Assembly (NCBI GenBank): GCA_043228905.1
Contig: JBHGNT010000015.1
Coordinates: 18,910,001-18,974,000, forward strand
Reading direction: 5' to 3'
Origin: Azolla caroliniana
Taxonomy: Eukaryota > Plantae > Polypodiophyta
DNA length: 64,000 bases
This document shows, piece by piece, positions 49,151 through 61,236 of the stretch. Position 1 is the first letter of the stretch; each line of letters begins with the position of its first letter. The translations under genes and the position numbers were made by a program. The notes under the pieces are model-generated. The model was not told the origin of the DNA. It did not search any database and was given only the letters and a program-made list of their open reading frames with translations.

Positions 49151-52100
49151 TGTCGTGACTTGAGAATAGGAGAGAGAAAAATAAGATGACAATAGAAGGT
49201 AGAGGGAGAGAGAGAGAGAGAGAAAGAACACTAGAAATGGAAAGAGAGTTTATATTATAAGAGAGCAAGGATTACAAAGAGTAGGCTAAGGGGCTACAAA
49301 CTGGTGTTGAACCAAATGAGTTGTGATGAATGAATAGACACCTATTTATAGGTCCTTATGGAGTATTCTAGAATGTTCTAAAATATTTTAGATATTTATG
49401 ATATTTAATATAATCATGGAATATCCTAGAATGTTCTAGAATACTCTAGATTGTTCTGGAATACTCTAGAATGTTCTAGAATACTCTAAATGTCTTGTAA
49501 TAACTAATAATATATTTATTATAACTATACATCATATATGTTAGTATAATGGTTAAAGGTTTAACATATAGACCAAGACGTCTTGGGCTTGAATCCTTGT
49601 AAGGCCAAAATGTATGTCGTCATGACATTATCCCCCTTTTTCGACGACGAGTTCCACGAGTCGGAAGACAAGATTTCGGACTTGGCTTATGAGGATATTT
49701 GTTGTGAAATGCAGCAACCATTTCGGAGGCATTAGCAAGATTCTCAAGAGGATCCCATGTTCGATCATTAGGTGTATAACCTAACCAGTCAACCAAATAA
49801 TACAGTTTGTTGTGAACGATCTTGGAGTCGAGAATGACAACAACTTCATATTTGGAGCCATCTGAAACTTCAATTGGAGGTGGGGGAGATGTAAGACGGC
49901 CTGGAATAGAGCTAGTTGTGTACGGCTCCAAAAGTGAAACATGGAAGACCGGGTGAAGATGCATATGAGGGGGAAGATCAAGGCGAAATGCTACATCATT
50001 GATCTTACCAGATATCACATATGGGCCAAAACGTTGATAATCCAATTTGCAGCAAGGTCGGGTTGTTTTAATGCGACCTTGTAAAAGCCATACTCGATCC
50101 CCCACTTGAAACGTAGTCAATGAAACACGTCGATGACGGTCGGCAACGGTACCTTCTTTTGAGTGTTTTGAGCATCACATAAATGGTGCAAAAGGATATC
50201 TTGAACTTCTTGGAGTTGGGTGAGCCGATCTTCAACAGCCAGGTTTGTCGGGAGTTCGAGATGTTCAAGCATAGTCCAACGAGGATGGTACCCAATGTTT
50301 GCAAAAAATGGGAAATATCCAATAGAAGAATGTCCTGAGTTGTTGTAAGCAAATTCCGCCAAATGTAATAGATCAACCCAATCATCTTGTTGATAGTTGA
50401 CAAAACAACGAAGATATTGTTCTACTGTTTGGTTGGTGCGCTCACTCTGTCCATTAGTTTCTAGATGGTAGCCGGAAGAGAGTTTGCAAGAAGTATGTAA
50501 GAGTTTGAACATGTGCCACCAAAATTTTGAGATGAACTGGGGACCCCGATCATTGATAATATCATCAGGAAGACCATGATGCCGAAACACCTCTCGCATG
50601 AGTAACTCGGTTGTCTCTTGGCTCGTAATGGCCTTTGTGCAGGGAAGAAAATGTGTCATCTTGGTAAAACGATCTACTACCATGAGAATAGAATCAAAAC
50701 CCTTGAAAGGTGGTAGATCCGTAATGAACTCCAATGAAATAGATTTCCATGGACTCTCAGGAATAGGCATTGGCTGTAATAAGCCATATGGATGATGTCG
50801 AGGTTTTTTGGATCGGCAACATGTATCACAACTACGAACATAATCCGTAACAAAATGGCGAAGTCGTGGCCACCAATACCTTCGAGAAATTAGCACCAAA
50901 GTCTTGTGGATGCCAAAATGTCCAGCCATTGGTGTATCATGACATTGTTGCAAGACTTGGAGTCGAGAAGGACCATCAAGCACATATAAGAGATTTTGTC
51001 GAAAAAGTAAACCATCATGCCAATTGAACTGGTTGTAGTCTTGACGAGGATTTTGAGATTGTGAACAAGAAGCACGATTTGGGATAATATGGTTCAGAAT
51101 ATCTTGGGCGAATTCATCAGTCTCAATATGCTCCCGAATGGAGTCTAGAAGACTTGAATCCTTCGGTGTGTCTATAGCATGAAAAGCCATTAGTCGTAGA
51201 CGGTTAGGACCCAAGAGGATTTGCTTCTAACTTTCAAATGCGGCCTCTCCTGGTTAAAGTTCCATATATGAACGCTGAGATAAACCATCTGCTTTGCCGT
51301 GTTGCGTCCCAGGGCAATATAGAATTACGAAATCAAAACAAGTTAAAAATTGCGCCCAACGAGCTTGTCGACGACTCAAGACTCGAGCACTTTGGAAGTA
51401 CGTTAGATTTTTGTGATCATTATAGACAATGATTTGTTGAGACAAACCCTCCAAAAAATGACGCCATTGTTGAAAAGAATCCACAATGGCAAGAAGCTCT
51501 TTGTCGTGAATCTCATAGTTGATTTCTGCAGCTTCGAATTTCCGTGAATGAAAAGCCACAAGGCGCAGTTGGCCATCATTGCTAATCTGGGATAATACGC
51601 TTCCTAGTGCGAAGTCAGATGCATCAACTTCAAGTATAAAGCGCTTCAATGGATCAACATGCATCAAAATTGGTATGGATGTAAATGCTTGCTTTAATCC
51701 TTCAAATGCAGAGTTTGCATTTATACTCCACACAAATGGTTGATTCTTTTGTGTCAGTTGAGTGAGGGGCAATACGATCTTTGAATAATCTTTGATGAAC
51801 TTGCGATAAAAGTTTGCGAACCCTAAAAAACATTGTACATCTCGCATAGACTGTGGTGTTTGCCAATCCAAAACTGTTTGAACCTTTGCTGGATCCATAG
51901 AGATGCCATGCGAAGAGACTATGTACCCCAAAAATTCCACTTGACGCTGGTCAAAACTACACTTCTCCAATTTTACATAGAGACCATATTCACGCAACCG
52001 TTGCAAAGCTTGTCGAACGTGTATATCATGATCCTCTTGAGTTTTTGAGTAGATCAAGATATCATCTAAGTAAATTATGACGAAAATATCGAGGAAAACT

Positions 52101-54911
52101 TGAAAAATGTCATTCACCATATGTTGGAAAACTGCTGGTGCATTCGTGAGACCAAATGGCATCACTGTATACTCAAAATGGCCATAGCGAGTACGAAAAG
52201 CAGTCTTCCATTCATCCCCAGGACGAATTCGAACAAGATTGTAAGCACCTCGAAGATCTAACTTTGTGAAATACTTAGCTCCATTGAGGCGTTCCAGAAG
52301 GCTCGAAATCAATGGTAGAGCATATCGGTTTCGAATAGTTACTTTATTCAATCCTTGATAATCCACGACCAGACAAAGCGAACCATCTTTCTTCTTAACG
52401 AAAAATATGGGTGCGCCGGCAGGAGATCTTGAATGTTGGATAAAACTATTCGCCAAGTTCTCATCGATATATTCCCGAAGAACCTCTAACTCCGTGGGTG
52501 AAAGGTTATAAATTGGCCCCCATGGAGGATCTTTTCCGGGCTGCAAATCAATCGGGCAATCATATGGTCGATGCTCTGGTAGTCTATTGGCCTTCACCTT
52601 ATCAAAAACATCAGAGAATTCTATATATTTCTTCGGTAGTTGGACCCCCGATTCTTGTGAGCTCGATGTGGGAGTTGCTAAAACTGTGAACACCAACATG
52701 TCTTCCTTCCGTCCTTCCTCACGTAATTGATGTATAGAGATTGTCGAAATCTTTTGGAATGTCATATCCTTTGTTGGAGTTTTAAGAGGCTCAGACTGTA
52801 TTGTGACTTCTTAAATGGTTCTTTTTCTCCAATCAATAGTTGGGTTATGTAGCTCAAACCATGGAAGACCAAGAACTAGGGAGTGCTCTGGACAACTAAT
52901 GATGTTGAATGAGATGACACTAGCCAAATTGCCTAGGACTACATGAATTGGTTCAGACTCTTCAACTATATCACCTGATGCTATGGGGCGTCCATCAATG
53001 ACTCCGACTGACATTGGGCTTGGGAGCTTATGCAACTGAATATTATGCATTACAGCAAACTCACGATCCACGAAACAAGAGTTGGCTCCAGAGTCTAAGA
53101 GGGCAGAAGCTGGGACTCGATGGCACCTAGATGTGTTAAGCTCAACTTGTGCAGAGAAAACTCGACTAACTTGACCGGATGAAATGGAACCACAACTAGG
53201 GACGGACGTTACATGCCTAGGGCTGTCCAACCAAATGGCTCCGATTTTGGCCGGACTTACTCGTTTAACACATCATCTAATTGGCTCAAGACATCAAATG
53301 TATTTTTATGACAAGGACTACTAGGCCTACTTGGGTTACGAGAAGGCGGGGCAGAAATTGAGATGGGATTGTCATGAGCACTTATTTGGTTAACTTGTCG
53401 TCGTGGTTTATGTGGACAATTCACAGCAATATGCCCTGGACCACCACAATAGAGGCATAGACGATTCGCTCATCGTCATTGCTTTTTAGCATCCGATAAT
53501 GGTCCTCGACGTTGTGTTGTCTTGATTTCCATTGGAGTAGGGCCTTCCATCACACTTGACTTTGATACTTGGGGTGGAGTTGCAACCACCGAAGCATATG
53601 TTTCTGTTGGTCGAAAGCATAACATTTGTTGGCGCTCAGAATGCCGCTCAAATAAGCGATTGTCACATCGCACGGCCCAGCTTACTGCTTTAGTAAGAGA
53701 TTTTGGATCATCATGGAAGGTAAGAAGTAAATCCTTCACATCATTGCGTAGACCTTGACGAAATTGGTCCATTAATGCCGCCTCGTCCCATGGAATATCA
53801 CATGCTAGAAGGCGAAAATCTGCAGCATAAGCGGAAGCAGGACGATCTCCTTGTCGTAATCGCTAAATTTTGTTTATTGCAGTCCTCATACTATCAGTGT
53901 CTCCAAAGTTGGCTTGGAACTCATTAATAAACCCTTCAAAATCTTCTAATAATGGTGAGTGCTTCTCTAGGAGTGGTGCAAACCACGCTAATGCGGTACC
54001 CATTAACAAGGTACCAACTAGACCCACACGAGCAACATCAGTTGGGTAACGGCTAGGATGCAATTTAATCACAAGTCGTACCTGATTTAAAAATCCACGA
54101 AATTGAGACCTTGTACCATCAAACTTGGCCAACAGACTAATCTTGGGTTCCTTCGGCGAGGTTTGAACTTCCGCCGCTTGTCGTTGCAATAGAGTAGTCT
54201 CCAATTGATGCACCCGTTGAGATAATTCTTCATATTGTTGTACTTTCTCAGCACTTACTTGTTGTAGGTCTCCTAGCAATCTTTGATTTTCATGCTCTAG
54301 TGCCATGAATTTTGTTGTTAGCATTTCGAGCTCGGAGAGAACACGCATATATTCTTGCTTGCTGACGGACTCCATAGTTGCGATAGAAAATTGCTAGATT
54401 TGGTTGAATAAGGTCAAGATAAGAAGAAGAAGTTGGAGAAGAAGAAAAGAGATAGATTCGGTTCAAACTGTCGTGACTTGAGAATAGGAGAGAGAAAAAT
54501 AAGATGACAGTAGAAGGTAGAGGGAGAGAGAGAGAGAGAGAGAGAGAAAGAACACTAGAAATGGAAAGAGAGTTTATATTATAAGAGAGCAAGGATTACA
54601 AAGAGTAGGCTAAGGGGCTACAAACTGGTGTTGAACCGAATGAGTTGTGATGAATGAATAGACACCTATTTATAGGTCCTTATGGAGTATTCTAGAATGT
54701 TCTAAAATATTTTAGATATTTATGATATTTAATATAATCATGGAATATCCTAGAATGTTCTAGAATACGCTAAATATCTTGTAATAACTAATAATACATT
54801 TATTATAACTATGCATCATATATGTTAGTATAATGGTTAAAGGTCTAACATATAGACCAAGACGTCTTGGGCTTGAATCCTTGTAAGGCCAAAATGTATG
54901 TCGTCATGACA
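49151..54911 (-). mobile_element. Full-length Ty3/gypsy chromovirus (Tcn1-like), coding region decayed (element F)
   Basis: LTRs 49151-49627 and 54469-54911 (TGTC...GACA), TSD ATGGG, PPT 49628-49641; about 7 substitutions plus a 40-bp and a 6-bp indel between the LTRs by eye. Confidence 0.95.
49620..54375 (-). pseudogene. Chromovirus gag-pol with stops and frameshifts: gag, CCHC, protease, RT, RNase H, integrase, chromodomain
   Basis: KFDGTRSQFRGFL, CLYCGGPGHIAVNC, LLDSGA, YLDDILIYS, VDASDFALG, HDTPMAGH...CDTC, GPY, YLVDWLGY...TWDP. Confidence 0.92.
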
Positions 54912-57900
54912 ATGGGAACAATAACTTCCTTTTATCGAATTTTCTCCAAACATACATCAATTGGATTTAGTCCTTTGATGTTGATGTATTATTCTAGCAA
55001 CAAACCTCGTTAAAGGTTAGCATTCATCGTGATGAGTCATACATACCATAAACTAAGGGATATGTAAATATATCTTGCATATTGCATGATTCAAGTTAAG
55101 GCCTCTACTGCATACCACAATTTTACGCCAAGTAACATTAGCAATATCATGCATTTAGCCTTACTTGAAAGTTATTTCTATGTGTATTTCTAAACTCTAA
55201 GACTTTGCATGTAAGTGCACTAAACCATGTGTATTTCTAAACTCCGAGATTTTGTCTACAAATAAGTATGAAAGCCCCAAAAGTTTATAGACTTCACAAT
55301 CCCCAAATGCATTGGTTCATTTACTAATTGATTAACCTTCTAATTGGCAAAAGACATCAAAATTCATTGCAAGAATTGGATCTTTTAAAGTGAGGCAGCA
55401 TGTTACATGCATAACTATAGCTTATCATCGTATAAGTTTTTTGTAATTTTCCTTAACCTTACGATAAGTATGTGTGGGTTGATTTCGAAAGGGATGAAGG
55501 TATCTATTGAATTACAATTATATGATGTGAGATAACTACTAAATGTGTTATCAATTGACCACTTCACATGAAGTAGTCAAGTGTGTGAACACACTAAGGC
55601 CTAAGCTTTCTATCTATGACAAAAGACTAGCTAAGTTCTTATCAAAAGAGGCTTGACTTATGTTGAGTTTATTTTAGTGTAGCTATGTGGTTGTTAGCTA
55701 TGCTCGTGCAATCCTTACAAAACCGAAGGCAAGGTACAACTTGTATCAACACTTGATGATATGGAACATCAAGGTGGTTCAAGTTCATCTCACATTGTCA
55801 TTGAGGGGTAATCTAGTTTGAAGCTTTCTAACATTTATTCTTAATTTGAAACTTTGAAATATATACTCTTATTTCTATGTGTTGAGATAAGTGTGCATAA
55901 ATATGTACGTTTGTATGCATGTTCATTGGCATGCCTATGTAATTCACTTATACACTCCCTTGGCTACCCCAATTGTTGCGAGGAAGCAAAATGTGAGGCT
56001 CGTATTAACTACAAATGAAACAAACAATTGCAGTTAAGGCCTCGGTCACTAGTCTTCGGGTGTTTGAGAAGCAAATGGAGGCGAACATCTAGCTGACACT
56101 TGAGAGGTGGCCCTCCCTAGGGGAATTGCATAGTTTCCATGTCCCTTATCATCTTTTCTATCAATGTCTCTTACTAGGGTCCAATCAGCCACTATAGTTT
56201 CTGCCCATTGCCTTCCATTCCCAACCTTGGTTTGTTGCCAATCGGATTCCTTCTATTCTTCTCCTCATCGAATTTATATTGTTTTCACCATTATATTCAA
56301 TTCCACAACTTCAATTCTGTTGTGTGAGGACCACCATTCTTGACAATGACAATGTGGGCACATTCTCCACAACTATTTGAGAGGTTTCCTTAATGGTTTA
56401 AAGCATCCTTTTACCTAATTCATACCTGCAAGAAATATAGCATTTAATATATGAAAAGAGGAAACATTTACTGTAGCAATATATAGAACTAAAAACATGT
56501 AAGAGAAAGGATTTGTACAAGCTCTCAAGGTCAAGCACCACAAAAGATAAGACATCCTGTTCAGAAACAAATACATACATACTTTAGATGGTGTCACAAA
56601 TCAAAATATGTCTTTAGTTAAAGTCACAAACAAAAATACAACAGTGTTAGTATCACATATCAATACAGGCCCACATGTTAGTTCTAGGATATACTACTAG
56701 CTATTCTATGAAGGATATAACTGAAATCAAACTTGCAAAATTACCATACCTTTACTTCACTAAGCCACTAGCTGGTATAACATAGACAGGTTAGGAATGA
56801 GGCACAATAGGTTTTGTTTGTGGTAACAGTCTCAATTTGCCCCTTTCATGTGCTCAATTCTTCTATTGAAGTTTCCAATCACATATCTGAGGTGAGGAGC
56901 CACTAGTTATGCTCATAACTGGACAACACAATTTCCCCATTTCTACAAATAGAAAAATGTCGAGAACAGTTATTTAAACTGGCAGTCTTCTTGTCGGATG
57001 AACAAAAATAAAATAAAAGTTTGATGAATAATCTAACAATAACACATGAACTCAGATATCAAACAGTGCTGCGTAGCATTGGCATACAAACTTAAATGAA
57101 AAACTTATTATCGCCACAAAACTAAAATAAAATACTAAAAGTGTACTAACAAGTAAACAAGAAATACTCTGAACAAACGAACGAAGAAACTATATTGGAG
57201 ACACAATATGTAGCATGAGAAAAACATGATTATATATGAACCAATGCACAAAAGTGTGAGAATCACCTTTTCCATGCCTAATGCATGTTGGACTCTTAGA
57301 AAAAAAGAAAGGATTTTCTGGAACATTGTAGATGGAAACAACCTATTTGTTTTACAATGCATCTGGGGTAAGTAAAGTATGCTTGTATGATAATTATGTA
57401 ACCCTAAACCCTTCTTGAAAAACAATATATTTATGATATTTTTATGGTCATCACAACTTCCTCTTGCCATGATGTCGATATTGAGCTAGAGCCGGAGTAG
57501 TTAAACTAAGTGTGTAAGGATGAAATCAATGATTAATCCTGTTGAGAGAATACTTCCCAATTATAAACAAAATATACTCAAACATTAATCCTGTTTAGAG
57601 AATCCTGATTAATCTCTCAAACATTAGATTCTTTATGATCATCGCTCTCAAATGGAGGAGATCACAATACAAGATTCTACACCAACTTACTTAATCACAC
57701 GCATATCTTAAAATCTAGCGCTTAAGCAATTAAGCACTTAAAAATTCTGATGTAATCATTGAATTATGGCCAATTTTGGTCTTAGAAGACGTTAATATGT
57801 CTTTCTTTCTTTCTATCTATCTCTTTCACTCATGTTCTTACACATAAAGTTTTGATACATCTCGCATCCTGAAGATTGCAGATCCATTCAAGATGGAAGA

Positions 57901-59249
57901 GGGCAATTGAATCAACATATAATGACAAGCTTCAAGATATATCTTTAAGAGTAAAGAGAGTTCAGGATTACCGTCACCAATCTGAGGTACCTCTAAGGTA
58001 TGACAGCAAGAATATTGGATGATTTTGGACAAGATCTTGCTTGAAACATTGAGGAGAGGGACAATACTATGTGTGCCTGTGTCTTCCACCATGTCGATTG
58101 ATGATCCGTGACTCGAATGCCACCAAGATCTCTTCCACCTAGAAGAGCTCATTATCAGAAGCGCTGAGGTTCCCCTTATTTTCTTTTACACATGGCAGCA
58201 AAGAAGAAGAAGAAGAAGAAAACAGAGTAGGGAAATAATTTAGGGTTAGGGTTTGAATGAAAACAAAAAATAAATAAAACTAGGAATTTGAACCTAAAAC
58301 TTGGCATTAAAAAACAAATTGAATAGAAATGGAAATAGAAAAATTATATGGATTAATTGAGAGCTCTTACTTGAATCTCTCCTTAGTACTAATCTCTTAC
58401 ACAAACTTCCTTTTATATAGTTCTAAGTGTGATTTGACACTCACTCTCCTTCTATTTTGCCCATATAATATCCCGTGGTAAAGATTGTACCGTAGTATTC
58501 TATACACATGGATGAGAAAGTGTCTGAGGGTTAAACAAGAGTGTAAAGAAGGGAATGATTACTTTTAATCCTTGGGATTGAGACAACCCATTAAGGTCAA
58601 TTGTGAAGTTGCCTGAAGGGCCTTAGGTCTGGCTATAAATATGAGGCCTAGCTACCTTTATTTTGCCACATTATTGACTACGTTGAGACTCTAAACTCAT
58701 GGTGATCAAACTCTCATAGCGAGCACGCCAGTACCAGGTACGACTCAACGCCACCGTGGTGGTATGGCACGCCGATTGAGGCTTGAGTCCGTCTTAATCC
58801 CTTCGCTTGGGGGTGGTCGTGTGGATTGGCACCCTTCTTTCTCTCTCTCTCTCCAAGACCTCTCTATTTTCTAATAATATATTTCCTTATCTCATGCTTA
58901 CATTAGGATCTAGCTCTAACAGGTGGTATGCCCCTAAACATTGATCTTGAGGTGGTCCTCAAGAAGAACTCTCGAGTAATACAGAACTTTCGATGAGAAC
59001 ACACAACAAGTATACCATCTTTACATCCAAGCACATGTGGATGGTTTGGTTTTTTCCGGTCCTTTTTCTCTATCAAAATCCAACTCTAAAATTAACTCAA
59101 ATGGGTGGTTGAGTAGCTGGACTGTCTTTGGATCTAGTTGGTGTTAATTGGACTCCTTGAAGCTCAAATGATGGACTTGTCCTATCTAATATGGTTATGA
59201 TTTAGGCATTTCTATTTCAAGATTGTTGGGAGTCAAAAGTTACTATGTT

Positions 59250-60070
59250 ATTGCTTTGTTATTGCTTTGGCTCAAGTTGATAGTGGAGCATATCTTTATT
59301 TTGTGGATAGTATAGTCGCTTCTAAGCACACAATAATTAGAATCAAACTAGAGCACCTAGGAGTTGGTGTGATTTATGGTTGCGAGATTTCCTCTAGAGA
59401 AGTTACATGATGTACTACATCCCTTTGTATTTATTTTTAATTAATATCAACGTTGATTAAATTTAGGACATCAAGAAGTGACCGCAATAAATGCTGACTA
59501 AAAATCAAAATGAATTAATGAAGGGTGAAGTGGTTGGAATTAATTGTATGTTTGCAATGCTTAATTCCATATTTCTAACACAATCTTTGATTGTTTGGTG
59601 AATAAGCATAGAGTGTTTGGGAGAGGCTTATTTGGTATAGCGATACCTACAATAACGTCCATGGGAAACTTTGTAGTGTAGATTTTGACGAACTGATTAG
59701 TGAATTGACAACATTGGATAATTGCCCTAGGATGACATCATTCATCTTGATGAAAAAGTGTGGTGAACCGATTTGGATCTAGGATAACCCTAAGATAAAC
59801 CCATGTTGGTTCCCATTAGTGTTATAAAGGGAATCCTTTGCGCATACACAAAAAGAGGGCATAGATGCATGGACAAACGAAAGGTATGAGTCCATTAATG
59901 ATGTCAGTGAGTGAATGGATGATGATGGAACAATGATGTATCAAATAAGGTCAACTAACTCTAATAGAAAATAGAGGGTAAAACCTAAGCCCAACTCCAA
60001 CTAATGTTCTCTTTCCAAGTCAACCCATTTTTCGATGGAGGCTAGAATATATGTTCTTATTATCGTTGAT
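59250..60070 (+). mobile_element. Highly decayed gypsy protease/RT remnant
   Basis: VDSGAYLYFVD resembles the LLDSGANSCFVD protease of element F; the remainder is barely readable. Confidence 0.4.
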
Positions 60071-60589
60071 CTGACGAAAACAACTAATGAGCACAAGCGT
60101 GATATTTATCCATTTGAAAACTGACAGGGCGATAGCAAATTATTCAAGTGGACTACAAGATATGATAATATAAAAGCTTAGGCAAGGTTTCGGAAACGAG
60201 ATGTCTCATCTAATCAATCGATAGTTTTCATTCGAAAGGATATCCACGATCGAATGACGGAAAGAGTCGAGTTGACTTTCGTAATGATAATCATCGGTCA
60301 AACAAGCTAAAACCACTTCGAAGATTCTAAAGGTAGACAGATGACAAAGAAGATCCGGGTTACAAGTACGCTATCCGATTATCGCGAGCGAATCGACGAA
60401 AGGGTCAAGGTGAGCAGCGACAACAGAATCATCACGGATTATAATATATCGAAACGTGACAAGGAGCGGCTTTGACGGAGGCTGCAACGAAAGCATTTGT
60501 GGCGATCGAGCCAGCCGAAGCCAAAAAACATTTCCGATTCGTTAAAGATTAGAAGCTCTGGGAATGTTACGGAGAAAATGCTCTGTCGA

Positions 60590-60652
60590 TCTGAGTCTGG
60601 GTCTGGGTCTAGGTCTGGGTCTGGGTCTGGGTCTGGGTCTGGGTCTGAGTCT
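60590..60652 (+). repeat. (GGGTCT)n hexamer repeat upstream of the NIPA gene
   Basis: About 10 copies with a few variant units. Confidence 0.9.
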
Positions 60653-60906
60653 GAGAGACTCAGGGGAGTCATTCTGGGAACTCGGACCCGCGAGATGAAA
60701 CAAACTTTAAACTTAACCAGAGTTTGTGTGTGTGGTGAATGAAATGGTCTCTTTTTTTTTTTTCATCGCTACACGTTAAGCTCACAAGACCCTCGAGTCA
60801 ATCGATCTGTGCAGATTAGATAACATAAAAGGAAATCTCCCCCCTGCTCCTCCTACCTGAGACAATCAATGATCTATCTCTGAGAGAAAGAGGCATCTCC
60901 ATAGAC

Positions 60907-61236
60907 ATGGTTTATCAATCCTTTACTCCTGACAATGTCAAGGGCCTTGCCCTCGCCTTAAGCTCTTGCATCTTCATTGGATCTAGCTTTATCATGAAAA
61001 AGAAAGGTCTCAAGAAAGCCGGTACCCTTGGTCTCTCAGCAGGTATACAAACATACTACTAACACACGCACACACACTTCTAATCTGTTTATGTTTTGTC
61101 TGAATGCATGAATTATGTGTATGCATCATGTTGATCTCACATCACTTTGTATGTTTCTGTTGTAAAAATATACTTATAGACTCTGGAGGTCATTCATACT
61201 TGCTGGAACCTCTTTGGTGGGCTGGAATGCTGACAA
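60907..61236 (+). CDS. NIPA: NIPA-family magnesium transporter, exons 1-2 (remainder beyond the window or not found)
   Basis: Exons 60907-61042 and 61180-61236: DNVKGLALALSSCIFIGSSFIMKKKGLKKAG...GGHSYLLEPLWWAGMLT with GT-AG sites. Confidence 0.88.

Noticed and set aside
58238-58255. Telomere-like TTTAGGGTTAGGGTTT
   Set aside because: Only two units; a common telo-box-like motif in an LTR-like remnant.
60370-60440. Possible C/D snoRNA on minus (GTGATGA with ATCCG/CGGAT stem)
   Set aside because: No CTGA D box next to the stem.
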